Of a stretch of 64,000 nt of DNA, positions 32,917 through 42,600 are shown piece by piece (position 1 is the first letter of the stretch; every line of letters begins with the position of its first letter). The notes under the pieces were generated by a model. The model did not search any database. It was not told where the DNA came from and saw only the letters and a list, made by a program, of their open reading frames with translations. Position numbers and translations under genes: made by a program. This DNA is from an uncultured Mycoplasmatota bacterium (GTDB taxonomy: Bacteria; Bacillota_I; Bacilli_A; RF39; UBA660): positions 129,982 to 193,981 of the forward strand of contig CASEGV010000001.1 in the NCBI GenBank assembly GCA_949287595.1, read 5' to 3'.

Positions 32917-34425
32917 TTATTTTACAATATTATCCTTTAGTTCATCAATATCTTTAGAGATATTAATATTTCTAGTGGTAGCGGCTTCTATTGTACCAGT
33001 TTTCAGTATTTCTTTCATATCTACTCCAGTAGCTTGACTCATAGTATCAAATACTTGTTTAACTATTACTGGAATATTACCAGTTACTCCAGAAACCTCA
33101 TTACCATTAGTACCATAGATATTTACAGAATCAATAGATTCCATAGGTTTAGCAATATTTGCTGCCATTTCTGGAAGTATTTTTATCATCATTTCAGCAA
33201 CAGCAGCACCATTATATAATTTATAAGCTTCTGCTTTTTGTTTCATAGCTTCTGCTTCAGCTATACCTTTTTGTTGAATTGCATAAGCTTCTGCTTCACC
33301 TTTTGCTTTTATACCTTCTGCCTCTTGGATTAATTTGTATCTAATGGCATCTGCTTCAGCTTTCATAGCCTCTGCTTTTTGTTCTGTTTCGTATTTTTCA
33401 GCCTCAGCATTTCTTTTTCTTTGTTCCAGAATTGCTTTTGCTTCAGTTTCAGTCTTATACTTTTCTGCCTCAGATTCTTTTTCGGTTTTATATTTTTCAG
33501 CTTCTACCTTTTTATTTATTTCAGCTTTTAATTCATTTTCACGAATTATAATTTGTTCTTGACTAAGAATCTGTTGTTTCTTCGTTTTTTCAATTTCAGC
33601 TTCAACAGATTTAGTATTAATTATTTTTTGCTGTTCTTGTTTTTGTATCTCATAAGCGGTATCAGCTTCTGCTTTTTTAGCATCTTCCTTTAGTTTTAAG
33701 TCTGATTTTTTGAGAGATAGTTCATTATTTTTTTCAGCTATCCTCATTTCAGATTCTACTTTAAAATCATTAGCTTCTTTATTTGCCTGACTACTTTTTA
33801 TGCTAATTTCTTTTTCAGCAGTTATTCTAGTAATAGCTGCTTCTTTTTTTATTTTAGAAGTATTATCAGCACCTAAATCTTTTATTAACCCTTCTCTATC
33901 TGTAATATTTTGAATATTACAGGATAATATCTCAATACCTAATTTTTCCATATCAGGAGCAGCTTTTTCCATTACCTGATCAGAGAATCCATCTCTATTA
34001 GTATTAAGTTCTTTAAGTTCAAGAGTTCCTATAATTTCCCTCATATTTCCTTGAAGAGAATCTTGCAATTGATTTGCAATATCTAAAGGTTTCATATTAA
34101 GGAAGTTTTTTCCAGCTAATCTAATTCCTTCATCTGTAGGTTTTACTCTAATTTTTGCTACTGCATCTACATCTACATTAATAAAGTCATTAGTTGGAAC
34201 AGAAGTTTCCGTTTTTATATCTACAGTAATTTGTCCTAGATAGATTTTATCTAATCGTTCAAAGAATGGCAATCTAAATCCTCCTTTACCGATAAGAACT
34301 CTAGGATTTTTGTTTAAACCTGAGATTATAAAAGCTTGACTTGGAGGTGCTTTTACATAAGAAACTAACACAATAACTACTAGAATCAGAACAATAATTC
34401 CGATTAAAATAAAAGTACTAATCAT
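32917..34425 (-). CDS. Flotillin-like SPFH (band 7) domain protein
   Basis: N-terminal TM helix, SPFH-like GKGGFRLPFFERLDKIYLGQITVDIKT..DVDAVAKIRV, then a long E/A/K-rich coiled coil with AEKYKTE repeats, as in bacterial FloT/YuaG. Confidence 0.8.
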   Translation of the reverse strand: MISTFILIGIIVLILVVIVLVSYVKAPPSQAFIISGLNKNPRVLIGKGGFRLPFFERLDKIYLGQITVDIKTETSVPTNDFINVDVDAVAKIRVKPTDEGIRLAGKNFLNMKPLDIANQLQDSLQGNMREIIGTLELKELNTNRDGFSDQVMEKAAPDMEKLGIEILSCNIQNITDREGLIKDLGADNTSKIKKEAAITRITAEKEISIKSSQANKEANDFKVESEMRIAEKNNELSLKKSDLKLKEDAKKAEADTAYEIQKQEQQKIINTKSVEAEIEKTKKQQILSQEQIIIRENELKAEINKKVEAEKYKTEKESEAEKYKTETEAKAILEQRKRNAEAEKYETEQKAEAMKAEADAIRYKLIQEAEGIKAKGEAEAYAIQQKGIAEAEAMKQKAEAYKLYNGAAVAEMMIKILPEMAANIAKPMESIDSVNIYGTNGNEVSGVTGNIPVIVKQVFDTMSQATGVDMKEILKTGTIEAATTRNINISKDIDELKDNIVK

Positions 34426-34454
34426 AAATTATTAATTTTAAATTAAACATAGTT

Positions 34455-34480
34455 CATTTATAAGGATTTTAAGGTTTAAA
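34455..34480 (-). promoter_or_regulatory. Promoter-like motif (class 1)
   Basis: The minus strand reads TTTAAACCTTAAAATCCTTATAAATG, 29 nt before ATG 34425. Confidence 0.4.
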
Positions 34481-34559
34481 ACGCGGTGATAATCAGGGTA
34501 AATACTTAATAGTGTAATAAAAAGTATGTAGTTGTGTCGTACTTTATAAAAATAATACT

Positions 34560-35282
34560 ATGAATAATTATGAAAAGAATTTAGAAAAAATTAATAAATA
34601 TTTTAGCGAAATATTATTACTTTCAGATGTACTCTCGTTTAATTTCGATATAGTATCTAGTAAATCAAATGATTTTTATTTACCAATTCCTATAATTGTT
34701 TATAAAAACATGATTAAATGCAATATCGTTTCTAGGAGGAATTCTCAATTAACTAAAAGAGAAAAAAAATAATAATGAACTTCTTTTAGAAAATTTATTG
34801 GATAGATTTAAAATTAAGTATTTAAGTGAATATCCAATAGTGATTTCTAATAGAGAAAAGTGGGAATCTTTATGTATTGCTAATGACATAACTGATGACG
34901 ATGAGTTTTTTATCGAAAAGTAATATATGTAGATTTTATTCTTAGTGGTGGATTAATTTTAGAAGCTGATTCTAAAAAATTTCATCAAAAGACTAGTCTT
35001 CAAATAAAAAAAGATTCAATTAGGGATTCATATCTTTATGATGAGTTTAATTTATCTACTATAAGATTATTTCCTTTGATAGAGTTTCCTGAAAAAATAC
35101 AGAATAATCAGGATTTATTGAATATAAAATTTAAAAAGATTTTGAATTTATCTAAGGATAAAGAAAATCAAAATAAATCTAATTTTTATATTATTCAAAA
35201 TTTACTTAGTGAATTTTCTGGGTATGATTCTATTAAATTTAAAGAATTTTTAGATAAATTTTTTAATTCTGATAACGGTTGA
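34560..35282 (+). pseudogene. Vsr/DUF559-like endonuclease gene split by two homopolymer frameshifts
   Basis: Three consecutive frames join at A8 (34762-34769) and T6 (about 34904-34909). The third piece reads YVDFILSGGLILEADSKKFHQKTSLQIKKDSIRDSYLYDEFNLSTIRLF, the DUF559/Vsr-like pattern (DF..viE.DG..H....D..RD..L...G..v.R.). Confidence 0.5.
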
Positions 35283-35393
35283 GTTATTAATAAAAGATTT
35301 AGAAAAAAGAATGTGGAATTCTCAATATGATTATTTATTATACAATTTTTCTATCTCATATGTAATTAATGAATTTAAATTAACATCATTTTT

Positions 35394-36113
35394 ATGAAAA
35401 GTAGACAAGAACGAGATTTATATTTTTCTTCGGATTGGCATGGAGAAATTAAAACTAATTTATGGAATATTATAAATAGATATGATATAACTGATGCTAA
35501 TATTATTGTATGTGGCGATTTTGGTTTTGATGGATTTAATAAAAAATCTTATTATGATGATATATATAAGAAGATAGAACCAAAATTAGAAAAAAATAAT
35601 ATAGAAATTTTTGCTATAAGAGGAAATCATGATTCATTAGAATACTTTAATAATGACTATTATAATTATCCAAGAATTAAGTATGTTCCGGATCATGAAA
35701 TTATGGAGTTATCTGGAAAAACTATCTATCCAATAGGAGGGGCTCAGAGTATTGATATGAAATTTAGATTAGACTATAACTCTAAGATGGAAAAGTATGG
35801 ATCATCTAAAAGAATTTGGTGGGAAGATGAAAGACCAATAAAGAAATATAGAGATCTTCCTAATAAAGTAGATATTATAGTATCTCATGAGGCTCCAATT
35901 AGTTTTCTTCCTGTGATTACTAGAGATAGTAATATGACGGAAGAGGTTTATAATAATATTTTAGAAGATAGAAATTATTTAGATTATATTTTTAGAAATA
36001 TAAGATGTAGTAGATGGTTTTTTGGTCACTATCACTGTTCTTTAACATCCTCGTTAGAGAACGTATTATATAAATGTTTAGATATTAATGAATTATATAA
36101 ACTTAATAAATAA
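35394..36113 (+). CDS. Calcineurin-like metallophosphoesterase
   Basis: Motifs SSDWHGE (DxH), CGDFGFDG (GDxxD), IRGNHD (GNHD), VSHEAP, FFGHYH (GHxH). Confidence 0.8.
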   Translation: MKSRQERDLYFSSDWHGEIKTNLWNIINRYDITDANIIVCGDFGFDGFNKKSYYDDIYKKIEPKLEKNNIEIFAIRGNHDSLEYFNNDYYNYPRIKYVPDHEIMELSGKTIYPIGGAQSIDMKFRLDYNSKMEKYGSSKRIWWEDERPIKKYRDLPNKVDIIVSHEAPISFLPVITRDSNMTEEVYNNILEDRNYLDYIFRNIRCSRWFFGHYHCSLTSSLENVLYKCLDINELYKLNK

Positions 36114-36115
36114 TT

Positions 36116-36856
36116 ATGATTATGGAAGAAGACTTTAAAACAATTGATGTTAATAGTAATATTTCTGCAGATATTAGTTCTTTGAATTCTGCAAATGTGA
36201 GTGTAGGAGATTATACAATTTCTTCAGATTTATTATCTGCTGCTGCTATTAATACTATTAGTAAAGATGTAATTGGATATAGTGGATCTACTCCAATGTA
36301 TGGTTATAGTAGTAGTAAGAATCTATTTAATAGTTCTATTACTTCAACAAGCTCTTCGTTTAGTAAAACTCCCATTTGGAGTGACGTGGATGATTTACAA
36401 AGTAGAATAGAATTATCTGATGATTTTAAAAAAGATATATTAACAAAATTATTAGAATTAGATAAAGACACTTTAGATATTATTCTGAATCTTCTTAGGG
36501 GACACTTAGAAAATATAATTGATGATCCAGAACTATTAATAAAGATTGATGAAAGAGATAAAGAAATACTTGATTTAAAGAAAGAAGTATCTGATCTTAG
36601 GAAAGAAATTAATGAGATAAGGAAAGAATTGATTAGGAAGGTTCCTGGAAATTATGGGAATAATGGTATATCTATTGATCCTCATACTGGAGGAGGAATA
36701 ATGTATGATGGTCCATTGTATAATTATACTAGTGAAAATATTCATGAAGATGTTTATACTTATTTGGAATCAGAACTTAGAAAAAGTATATTGAATTGCA
36801 ATAATAAAAATAGTATATCTAATAATATTGATAATGCAGATAAAAACGCATTTTAA
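36116..36856 (+). CDS. Hypothetical protein with a coiled-coil segment
   Basis: Track ORF; KEILDLKKEVSDLRKEINEIRKEL. Confidence 0.55.
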   Translation: MIMEEDFKTIDVNSNISADISSLNSANVSVGDYTISSDLLSAAAINTISKDVIGYSGSTPMYGYSSSKNLFNSSITSTSSSFSKTPIWSDVDDLQSRIELSDDFKKDILTKLLELDKDTLDIILNLLRGHLENIIDDPELLIKIDERDKEILDLKKEVSDLRKEINEIRKELIRKVPGNYGNNGISIDPHTGGGIMYDGPLYNYTSENIHEDVYTYLESELRKSILNCNNKNSISNNIDNADKNAF

Positions 36857-36872
36857 AACCCTTGAAAATCTA

Positions 36873-36912
36873 AATAATGAGAGCTAATCAAGTTATTGGC
36901 TCTCATTATTTA
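36873..36912 (+). terminator. Hairpin terminator
   Basis: AATAATGAGAGC-(14 nt)-GCTCTCATTATT then T-rich sequence. Confidence 0.5.
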
Positions 36913-36958
36913 AGAAGTAAATTATATATAAAATTCACAAATTTAAAACATTAGAAAA

Positions 36959-38485
36959 ATGGCAAAGAAAAATGATTCTATTAATGTTCAAATTTTTACA
37001 GCATTAAAAGTTAGCGAAATTAGTAAAGTACCTGTATTGATTATGTCTAATCCAGGTTTGGGTAAATCAACATCAGTAGAAATGTTTGCTGAGGTTAGAG
37101 GATATAATCTTATACTTCTTAGAGGTAATAGTACTACTGCTGAAGAAGTAATGGGATATGATGTAGTAGATAACGATAATCCAGAATCAAAAACTACTAA
37201 ACATCTTCGCCCATCATGGTATACTGAAATTCGCAATATTGCAGAAAAAGGTGGTAAAAGTTTGTTATTTTTGGATGAAATTACAACTGCAAACGAGTAC
37301 GTTCAGTCTGCGTTGTTACACTTAGTTTTTGAACGTAAGGTAGGAAGTGAAAAATTACCTGAGAATACATTGATTGTATCTGCAGGTAACTATGCACAGA
37401 ATCTTTCTAATTCAATGCAGATGCTTCCTCCATTGATGAACCGTTTTATGATATTTAATATAACTCCTGATTATAACGATTTGGATACATTTTTGTGTAA
37501 GTATGAAGGAGCTATAGCATCTTCTGAAGGAAAGACAAATAATTATATGGAAAACTTGAGAAAGATTATGAAGAAATTGGATGCTCAAGAACAAGATATT
37601 TCAGAAGATCAGTATAATAAAATTGGTGAATATATCGAACGAGGTATTAAGATGACCGCAAAATCTCTTATGACTTCTGGATCTAAGGTAGTAGATTTGG
37701 CTATTACAGATCTTCAAGGATTATATTCAGATGCAGAGAATGAAACTAAACTTTATGGATTCGTTACATTCAGAACTCTTAATTATCTTAGAGATGTAAC
37801 TATAGCTTCTTTCAAGTGTTTTGGAAAAGCTGGTATTACTAGTGATAATTATAGAAATATGATTGATGGTCTTTGTGGAATTGGTATTTCTAGAGATAAA
37901 TCCTCTAAGAATATTATTAAAACTCCAATTTCAAAAGAGTTTTATGATACTATGGTCAATATTGTTAATGATATTGAGAAGATGAAGAATGATAAGTTGC
38001 CTAAATATACTAAATTCTTTAATGACATAGTAGACGGAAAGACTCAGTTCCAAATCCCTGAAATGCAGGCTATTATTAATAAGCTTTCTGAGTTGAAGGG
38101 AGATAAGGAAATTAATTCTATTGAACGTCCAATTGATCCTGAATGTATTGAGAAGATGTTTAAGATTTGTAAAACTTCTGGATCTAGTATCAGTAAGATT
38201 AAGATGGCACCAACAGATAAGTTCTTAGATAAAATATCTTCAGATACTTTCATTGGTTATGTTACTTATTGGAATGTTTTAGCAGATCTTATGACATCAA
38301 TGCAAGAATTAGTTATGGATTCTACTAAAGGTTATGGAAATAAAGATAATTCAGTATCTACACTTAAGTCTACTCAAGAAGACTTAAAGGTAGCTGGATT
38401 TAGATTGAAATCATTCCGTAAGATTATTTTGCAGGAAGATCCAGCTCTTGCATCTATAGTACCTGAAATTAGAGGTTTTAAATAA
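36959..38485 (+). CDS. AAA+ ATPase (MoxR/AAA_5-like)
   Basis: Walker A MSNPGLGKST and Walker B LLFLDEITTA. Paired with the downstream VWA protein. Confidence 0.7.
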   Translation: MAKKNDSINVQIFTALKVSEISKVPVLIMSNPGLGKSTSVEMFAEVRGYNLILLRGNSTTAEEVMGYDVVDNDNPESKTTKHLRPSWYTEIRNIAEKGGKSLLFLDEITTANEYVQSALLHLVFERKVGSEKLPENTLIVSAGNYAQNLSNSMQMLPPLMNRFMIFNITPDYNDLDTFLCKYEGAIASSEGKTNNYMENLRKIMKKLDAQEQDISEDQYNKIGEYIERGIKMTAKSLMTSGSKVVDLAITDLQGLYSDAENETKLYGFVTFRTLNYLRDVTIASFKCFGKAGITSDNYRNMIDGLCGIGISRDKSSKNIIKTPISKEFYDTMVNIVNDIEKMKNDKLPKYTKFFNDIVDGKTQFQIPEMQAIINKLSELKGDKEINSIERPIDPECIEKMFKICKTSGSSISKIKMAPTDKFLDKISSDTFIGYVTYWNVLADLMTSMQELVMDSTKGYGNKDNSVSTLKSTQEDLKVAGFRLKSFRKIILQEDPALASIVPEIRGFK

Positions 38486-38510
38486 AATATAGTTAAATAG
38501 ATAGCATATA

Positions 38511-38559
38511 ACCTTAGAGAGAATATAGTTTGATTTATATGAATCTCTAAGGTTTTTTC
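38511..38559 (+). terminator. Rho-independent terminator
   Basis: ACCTTAGAGA-(23 nt)-TCTCTAAGGT followed by TTTTTT. Confidence 0.55.
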
Positions 38560-38589
38560 ATTAAGAACAATTTAAAAAAATTTAAAATT

Positions 38590-40320
38590 ATGAGAACTCA
38601 ATCAGAATTAGAGTTTATAAAAAGATTTGTAGACAACACTTATTGTAGATTTGGAAACTTATTAATGGTTAATACAGAAAAACCATTTAATCCAGATAAT
38701 CCAGAGTTAGGATATTGTTATAAATATAAAGATGATTCTACTGGATATGTTACATATAAGATAGTATGTTCTGAGATAGGGATTCCAAGAACAGACTTTA
38801 GAGTACTTATGCATGAGTACGGTCATATATATTTAGGTCACTTGGATGGAATTCATGAAGAATTAGATGTTCAGATCTGTAATGCTTTTAGAGATCATAG
38901 AGGAGAGCTTATAGATAGAATTAATAAAGAGTGTGGAATTGATTTTGCGGATAAACTTATTGAAAGAGTAATTGATGATCCTGTATTAAATCACAGTATT
39001 CATAATATAGCTATGGATATGGAAGTAAATTCTAAGATATTATCTAAAGATGATATTGAAGAAATGGAAAAAGATATTTCAGAAAAACTTCCAGATTATC
39101 AAGCAGAATTACTTAGATATCAGAGAGATCACACTGATGATGAAGAAGTAAAGAAACAGATAGATGAGGCTCTTAAGAAAATGGAGAACGAGACAAAAAT
39201 TAAATTAATTGTCCCAGAGAGATATCATCTAGATAATGCATTACCAGATCCTACACCATTTCCAAAAGAACGTTCTTATTCGGAATATCTTATGTTGATT
39301 ATCATGCATTTGGATCAATTTGTTAAGATGTTGGTATCAATTAAAAATGGAGGAAATGGAGATACTTCTGATATAACTGCCGAAGATGTACAGAATGCAT
39401 TAGGTGGCAGTGGAGATGGAGGTTCTTCTCAAGGAGGAGGAATGCAAGGACTATCCGATTTGATGGAAGAAATGGGTATGTCTTCTGGTTCTGGAAATGG
39501 TAATGGTCAAGGACAAAAAACACCTAGAGATTGTCCATATAAAGGGAATAGAGATTCTGGAACAAATGAGTTAGATCCTAATGGAAATAATAAAGGAGGA
39601 ACTCACAGAGACCACGGAACAGATTCTAGAGATGATGCAGATAAAAAGAGAGAGCTAGGACAAATTCGTTCCGGTGGTGGAATTGGATGTGGAAACTCGG
39701 GTGGTCCAGATGCTACTAGAACAGTAACTGATACTGATGAAGTAGATATGGCTCTAGATGAAGTTATGTTGAACTATAAATCTAGAGTAGTAAAAGTAGA
39801 TACAAAAAAAGATTTAATGTATATGTATAATAGGGGGATTAATAGAAGTGTTATTACTCCAACTATTAGAAGAAAAGTTACTATCTCAAATGATCCTACT
39901 ATTGTATTTTTAATAGATGTGTCAGGATCTATGGATACTAGACTTGTGGACAGAATACTTAATACTATTGCTAATAAGATGAAACGACTTGGAAGAGGTC
40001 TTACTTACAATATTATATCTTGGTCTACTTGTTTAGGTGAGCACATAAAGAATATTAATCCAAGAAAAGGTGTTCCTCGTATATCTATGGGAGGTGGAAC
40101 AAGAATGGCTAGAGGTATAAAATACTTTAGAGATAATTATGGACCAGAAGCTATATTGATTCTTATCTCGGATTTTGAAGATTACTTGGAAGAATGGCAT
40201 GAAGAAGAGTCTAAGATGCCGGAATATACTATGTATGGATTTAATTATGGCTCTAGTAATTATAATCAAAATTTTAAATATTTCAAAGTAAAAAATTTTA
40301 AAAATAGTTATGGCTACTAA
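38590..40320 (+). CDS. Putative metallopeptidase (HExxH) + VWA-like domain protein (DUF2201-type)
   Basis: LMHEYGHIYLGH near the N-terminus, a G/S/N-rich linker, and a MIDAS-like VFLIDVSGSMD in the C-terminal third. Confidence 0.7.
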   Translation: MRTQSELEFIKRFVDNTYCRFGNLLMVNTEKPFNPDNPELGYCYKYKDDSTGYVTYKIVCSEIGIPRTDFRVLMHEYGHIYLGHLDGIHEELDVQICNAFRDHRGELIDRINKECGIDFADKLIERVIDDPVLNHSIHNIAMDMEVNSKILSKDDIEEMEKDISEKLPDYQAELLRYQRDHTDDEEVKKQIDEALKKMENETKIKLIVPERYHLDNALPDPTPFPKERSYSEYLMLIIMHLDQFVKMLVSIKNGGNGDTSDITAEDVQNALGGSGDGGSSQGGGMQGLSDLMEEMGMSSGSGNGNGQGQKTPRDCPYKGNRDSGTNELDPNGNNKGGTHRDHGTDSRDDADKKRELGQIRSGGGIGCGNSGGPDATRTVTDTDEVDMALDEVMLNYKSRVVKVDTKKDLMYMYNRGINRSVITPTIRRKVTISNDPTIVFLIDVSGSMDTRLVDRILNTIANKMKRLGRGLTYNIISWSTCLGEHIKNINPRKGVPRISMGGGTRMARGIKYFRDNYGPEAILILISDFEDYLEEWHEEESKMPEYTMYGFNYGSSNYNQNFKYFKVKNFKNSYGY

Positions 40321-40915
40321 TGGAAACATAAATAGAGATAAAATTCATTCACTGGTTGAAGTATTTTATCAACCAGCATTTAAAACATTTTATGTAAATT
40401 CAGTTGATGGAAATACATTTGTTAAACCATTTGGAGTATTTGTTAGTTTAGGCATTACAACATCTATGAAAGTATTAGAGGATATGAGAAATATCATATC
40501 CTCTAAGGATGAATATAATGCTGTTATTGCTGAGATTTCTAGTAAAAAAATAGCAGGACAGTTTCTAAATACTATTAAAAGTACTAGTGATATTAAGCAA
40601 TATAAATTAACTGAGTTTACTAGTGATATTATGAATGAGGAAGAATCCAATAAAGAACTTGCAAAATTAAAAGAGTTTATGGATCCTTCTCAAGATATAG
40701 AAGTATTAAAAGAGTATGCTCCTAAAATATCTAGATTACAAGATCTAATAGATAAATTAACAACTACTCATGGATGGGATGCACATCTTATTCAAAGAGA
40801 GAATGATGGATATTATAGAATATTTCATCAGTATGTTAATTATAAAAAAGAAGATGATATCGAGTATCGAATCGGTATATTTGTAACTGAAAATGAAGGT
40901 AAAGGAGTTAATTAA
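40310..40915 (+). CDS. Hypothetical protein
   Basis: Track ORF. Confidence 0.55.
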   Translation: MATNGNINRDKIHSLVEVFYQPAFKTFYVNSVDGNTFVKPFGVFVSLGITTSMKVLEDMRNIISSKDEYNAVIAEISSKKIAGQFLNTIKSTSDIKQYKLTEFTSDIMNEEESNKELAKLKEFMDPSQDIEVLKEYAPKISRLQDLIDKLTTTHGWDAHLIQRENDGYYRIFHQYVNYKKEDDIEYRIGIFVTENEGKGVN

Positions 40916-41231
40916 ATCTATTTTAATTACTTTTATAAGTATATCAATAGGATGGTGTCTGGGATATTTTTTATTTAAAGAGGAGAATTCCCAGACTCCT
41001 TCTGTAAATGTACCTATTGAGGTTATTAAACCAGAGAAAGATAAGATAGATTCTCTTAAGAAGGTGATTCTTAAGAGAGATAGTGTTATAGATTATCTCA
41101 GAGATAGTATCAGAAAAATTGATACTACTCGAATCTATAAAGTTGATAGTATTAGAAATTTACCCACTACACAAGGGGTGGAATTTTTAAGATCTAAACT
41201 TAGAGAATTTGAGAGTAAGTATAATAATTAA
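40893..41231 (+). CDS. Membrane-anchored hypothetical protein
   Basis: N-terminal helix ILITFISISIGWCLGYFLF. Confidence 0.5.
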   Translation: MKVKELIKSILITFISISIGWCLGYFLFKEENSQTPSVNVPIEVIKPEKDKIDSLKKVILKRDSVIDYLRDSIRKIDTTRIYKVDSIRNLPTTQGVEFLRSKLREFESKYNN

Positions 41232-41236
41232 ATATA

Positions 41237-41280
41237 ACTTAGAGAACTTACTTATTAATCAAGTTCTCTAAGTTTTTTAT
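41237..41280 (+). terminator. Rho-independent terminator
   Basis: ACTTAGAGAACTT-(11 nt)-AAGTTCTCTAAGT followed by TTTTTT. Confidence 0.7.
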
Positions 41281-41297
41281 TTTTTAATATAAATTTT

Positions 41298-41690
41298 ATG
41301 AAAAGATTAATCTATTGTCTCTTGTTATCTCTATTGCCTTCACTAAGTGTAAGAGCTCAAGAGATAATAGAGCATAAGGGGGATACTATGATAGTAATTT
41401 CTCCCAATAATTTAAAAACTATAAATTCAATTATTATTGATCTTGAAGATTCTAAAAAAATAATAAATCTTCAAAATAAAATTATTAAAAATGACTCTAT
41501 AGTTAAGTCAGAAAGAGATTCTATAATAGTTAATCAAACTAGTATAATTAATAAGCAGAATGAATACTATACTGAATCTATAAATAATTTAGAAAAAACA
41601 TTAAAAAAAGAAAAGATAAAAAAGACAGTATGGACTAGTGCTTTAGGTTTAGTAGCAGTTATCTTTGGCACTATAGCTATATCTAAATAA
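41298..41690 (+). CDS. Secreted/membrane protein (signal peptide plus C-terminal TM)
   Basis: MKRLIYCLLLSLLPSLSVRAQ signal and C-terminal WTSALGLVAVIFGTIAI. Confidence 0.55.
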   Translation: MKRLIYCLLLSLLPSLSVRAQEIIEHKGDTMIVISPNNLKTINSIIIDLEDSKKIINLQNKIIKNDSIVKSERDSIIVNQTSIINKQNEYYTESINNLEKTLKKEKIKKTVWTSALGLVAVIFGTIAISK

Positions 41691-41698
41691 AAGATATT

Positions 41699-42142
41699 AT
41701 GGTAGAAGTAGTAATAAATTATAACAAGGATAATCAGAATTTTCAGGTATACGAGCCGACTACTGATACATTATTAGTATCTAGTAATTTAACAGAGGCT
41801 TTAGTTAATCTTTCAATTTTTTTAAATTCTGCTGGGTTATTACAAGGTGATATTTTAGATTATCCAGAGATATCTTATCACTTAGATTCTTATACTGTAA
41901 AGAGTATGGTAGAAAGTAATGTTAATTTAATAAAAAGATTACAAACAGCTCCTTCTGGATTTACTATAAGTAGTCAACGTTTTGGAGGAACTTCTGGATT
42001 AATATCGTCTAAAAAATCTAATTCTTCTGGATTTTCAGAATCTTATAAAAATTCAGATAGAAAATTTAATAAAAAATCATCTTCTAATTTTTCCGGAAAA
42101 TCAGGGTTTCGAACGGCGAATAAGAAATTTGGAGGAAAATAG
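41699..42142 (+). CDS. Hypothetical protein with an S/K-rich tail
   Basis: Track ORF. Confidence 0.5.
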   Translation: MVEVVINYNKDNQNFQVYEPTTDTLLVSSNLTEALVNLSIFLNSAGLLQGDILDYPEISYHLDSYTVKSMVESNVNLIKRLQTAPSGFTISSQRFGGTSGLISSKKSNSSGFSESYKNSDRKFNKKSSSNFSGKSGFRTANKKFGGK

Positions 42143-42174
42143 AAGAAATTATTAATTAAAAAATTTATAGAAAA

Positions 42175-42600
42175 ATGAGTTACCAATTACAAGTAAAAAC
42201 ATCTTTTGTGTCTCCAATGACATTAAAAGTTCTTCCAGAGTATGGATATTTACCTATATTTATTATTAGAAATATAGGAAATTCAAATTTAATAGGAAAG
42301 TATTCTGGAACAGCAATTCACATGAGAGAATTAGCTCCTAGTAATGAATTATTTAGAGAAAGAAGAGATAATTTAATAAGTTTTGAGGAATTCTCTAAGA
42401 GGTATGTTATAGAAATGTCTGAAGTTAATTTTGTTAGTATAATAGATAGATTAAATTATTTAGCTAATCTATCTGATGCTAAAGGAGTAGTTTTAATGGG
42501 ATATGGATCAGATGATAAGAATTGTCATAGATCTATATTATCTAGTATATTAAATAATATGAAGATTCTAGATGATAGAGTTACTGAGTTAATATTATGA
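42175..42600 (+). CDS. DUF488-like protein
   Basis: HMRELAPSNELF..ISFEEFSKRY.. and VVLMGYGSDDKNCHRSILSSIL resemble the DUF488 pattern (..LC.E.....CHR..ia). Confidence 0.45.
   Translation: MSYQLQVKTSFVSPMTLKVLPEYGYLPIFIIRNIGNSNLIGKYSGTAIHMRELAPSNELFRERRDNLISFEEFSKRYVIEMSEVNFVSIIDRLNYLANLSDAKGVVLMGYGSDDKNCHRSILSSILNNMKILDDRVTELIL

Noticed and set aside
33034-33562. Plus-strand ORFs 33034..33219 and 33335..33562 inside the flotillin gene.
   Set aside because: They are antisense to the SPFH/coiled-coil gene. The S/A/F-rich product simply mirrors the E/A/K repeats.
36988-40650. Minus-strand ORFs within the AAA/VWA region: 36988..37236, 37412..37594, 38044..38253, 39341..39523, 40033..40329 and 40390..40650.
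   Set aside because: All are antisense to longer motif-bearing or well-packed plus-strand genes and are likely spurious. The same reasoning applies to 3615..3800, 7241..7543, 14788..14988, 20382..20579, 20812..21030, 22602..22802, 25812..25997, 43183..43383, 44149..44340, 62312..62545 and 63243..63437.
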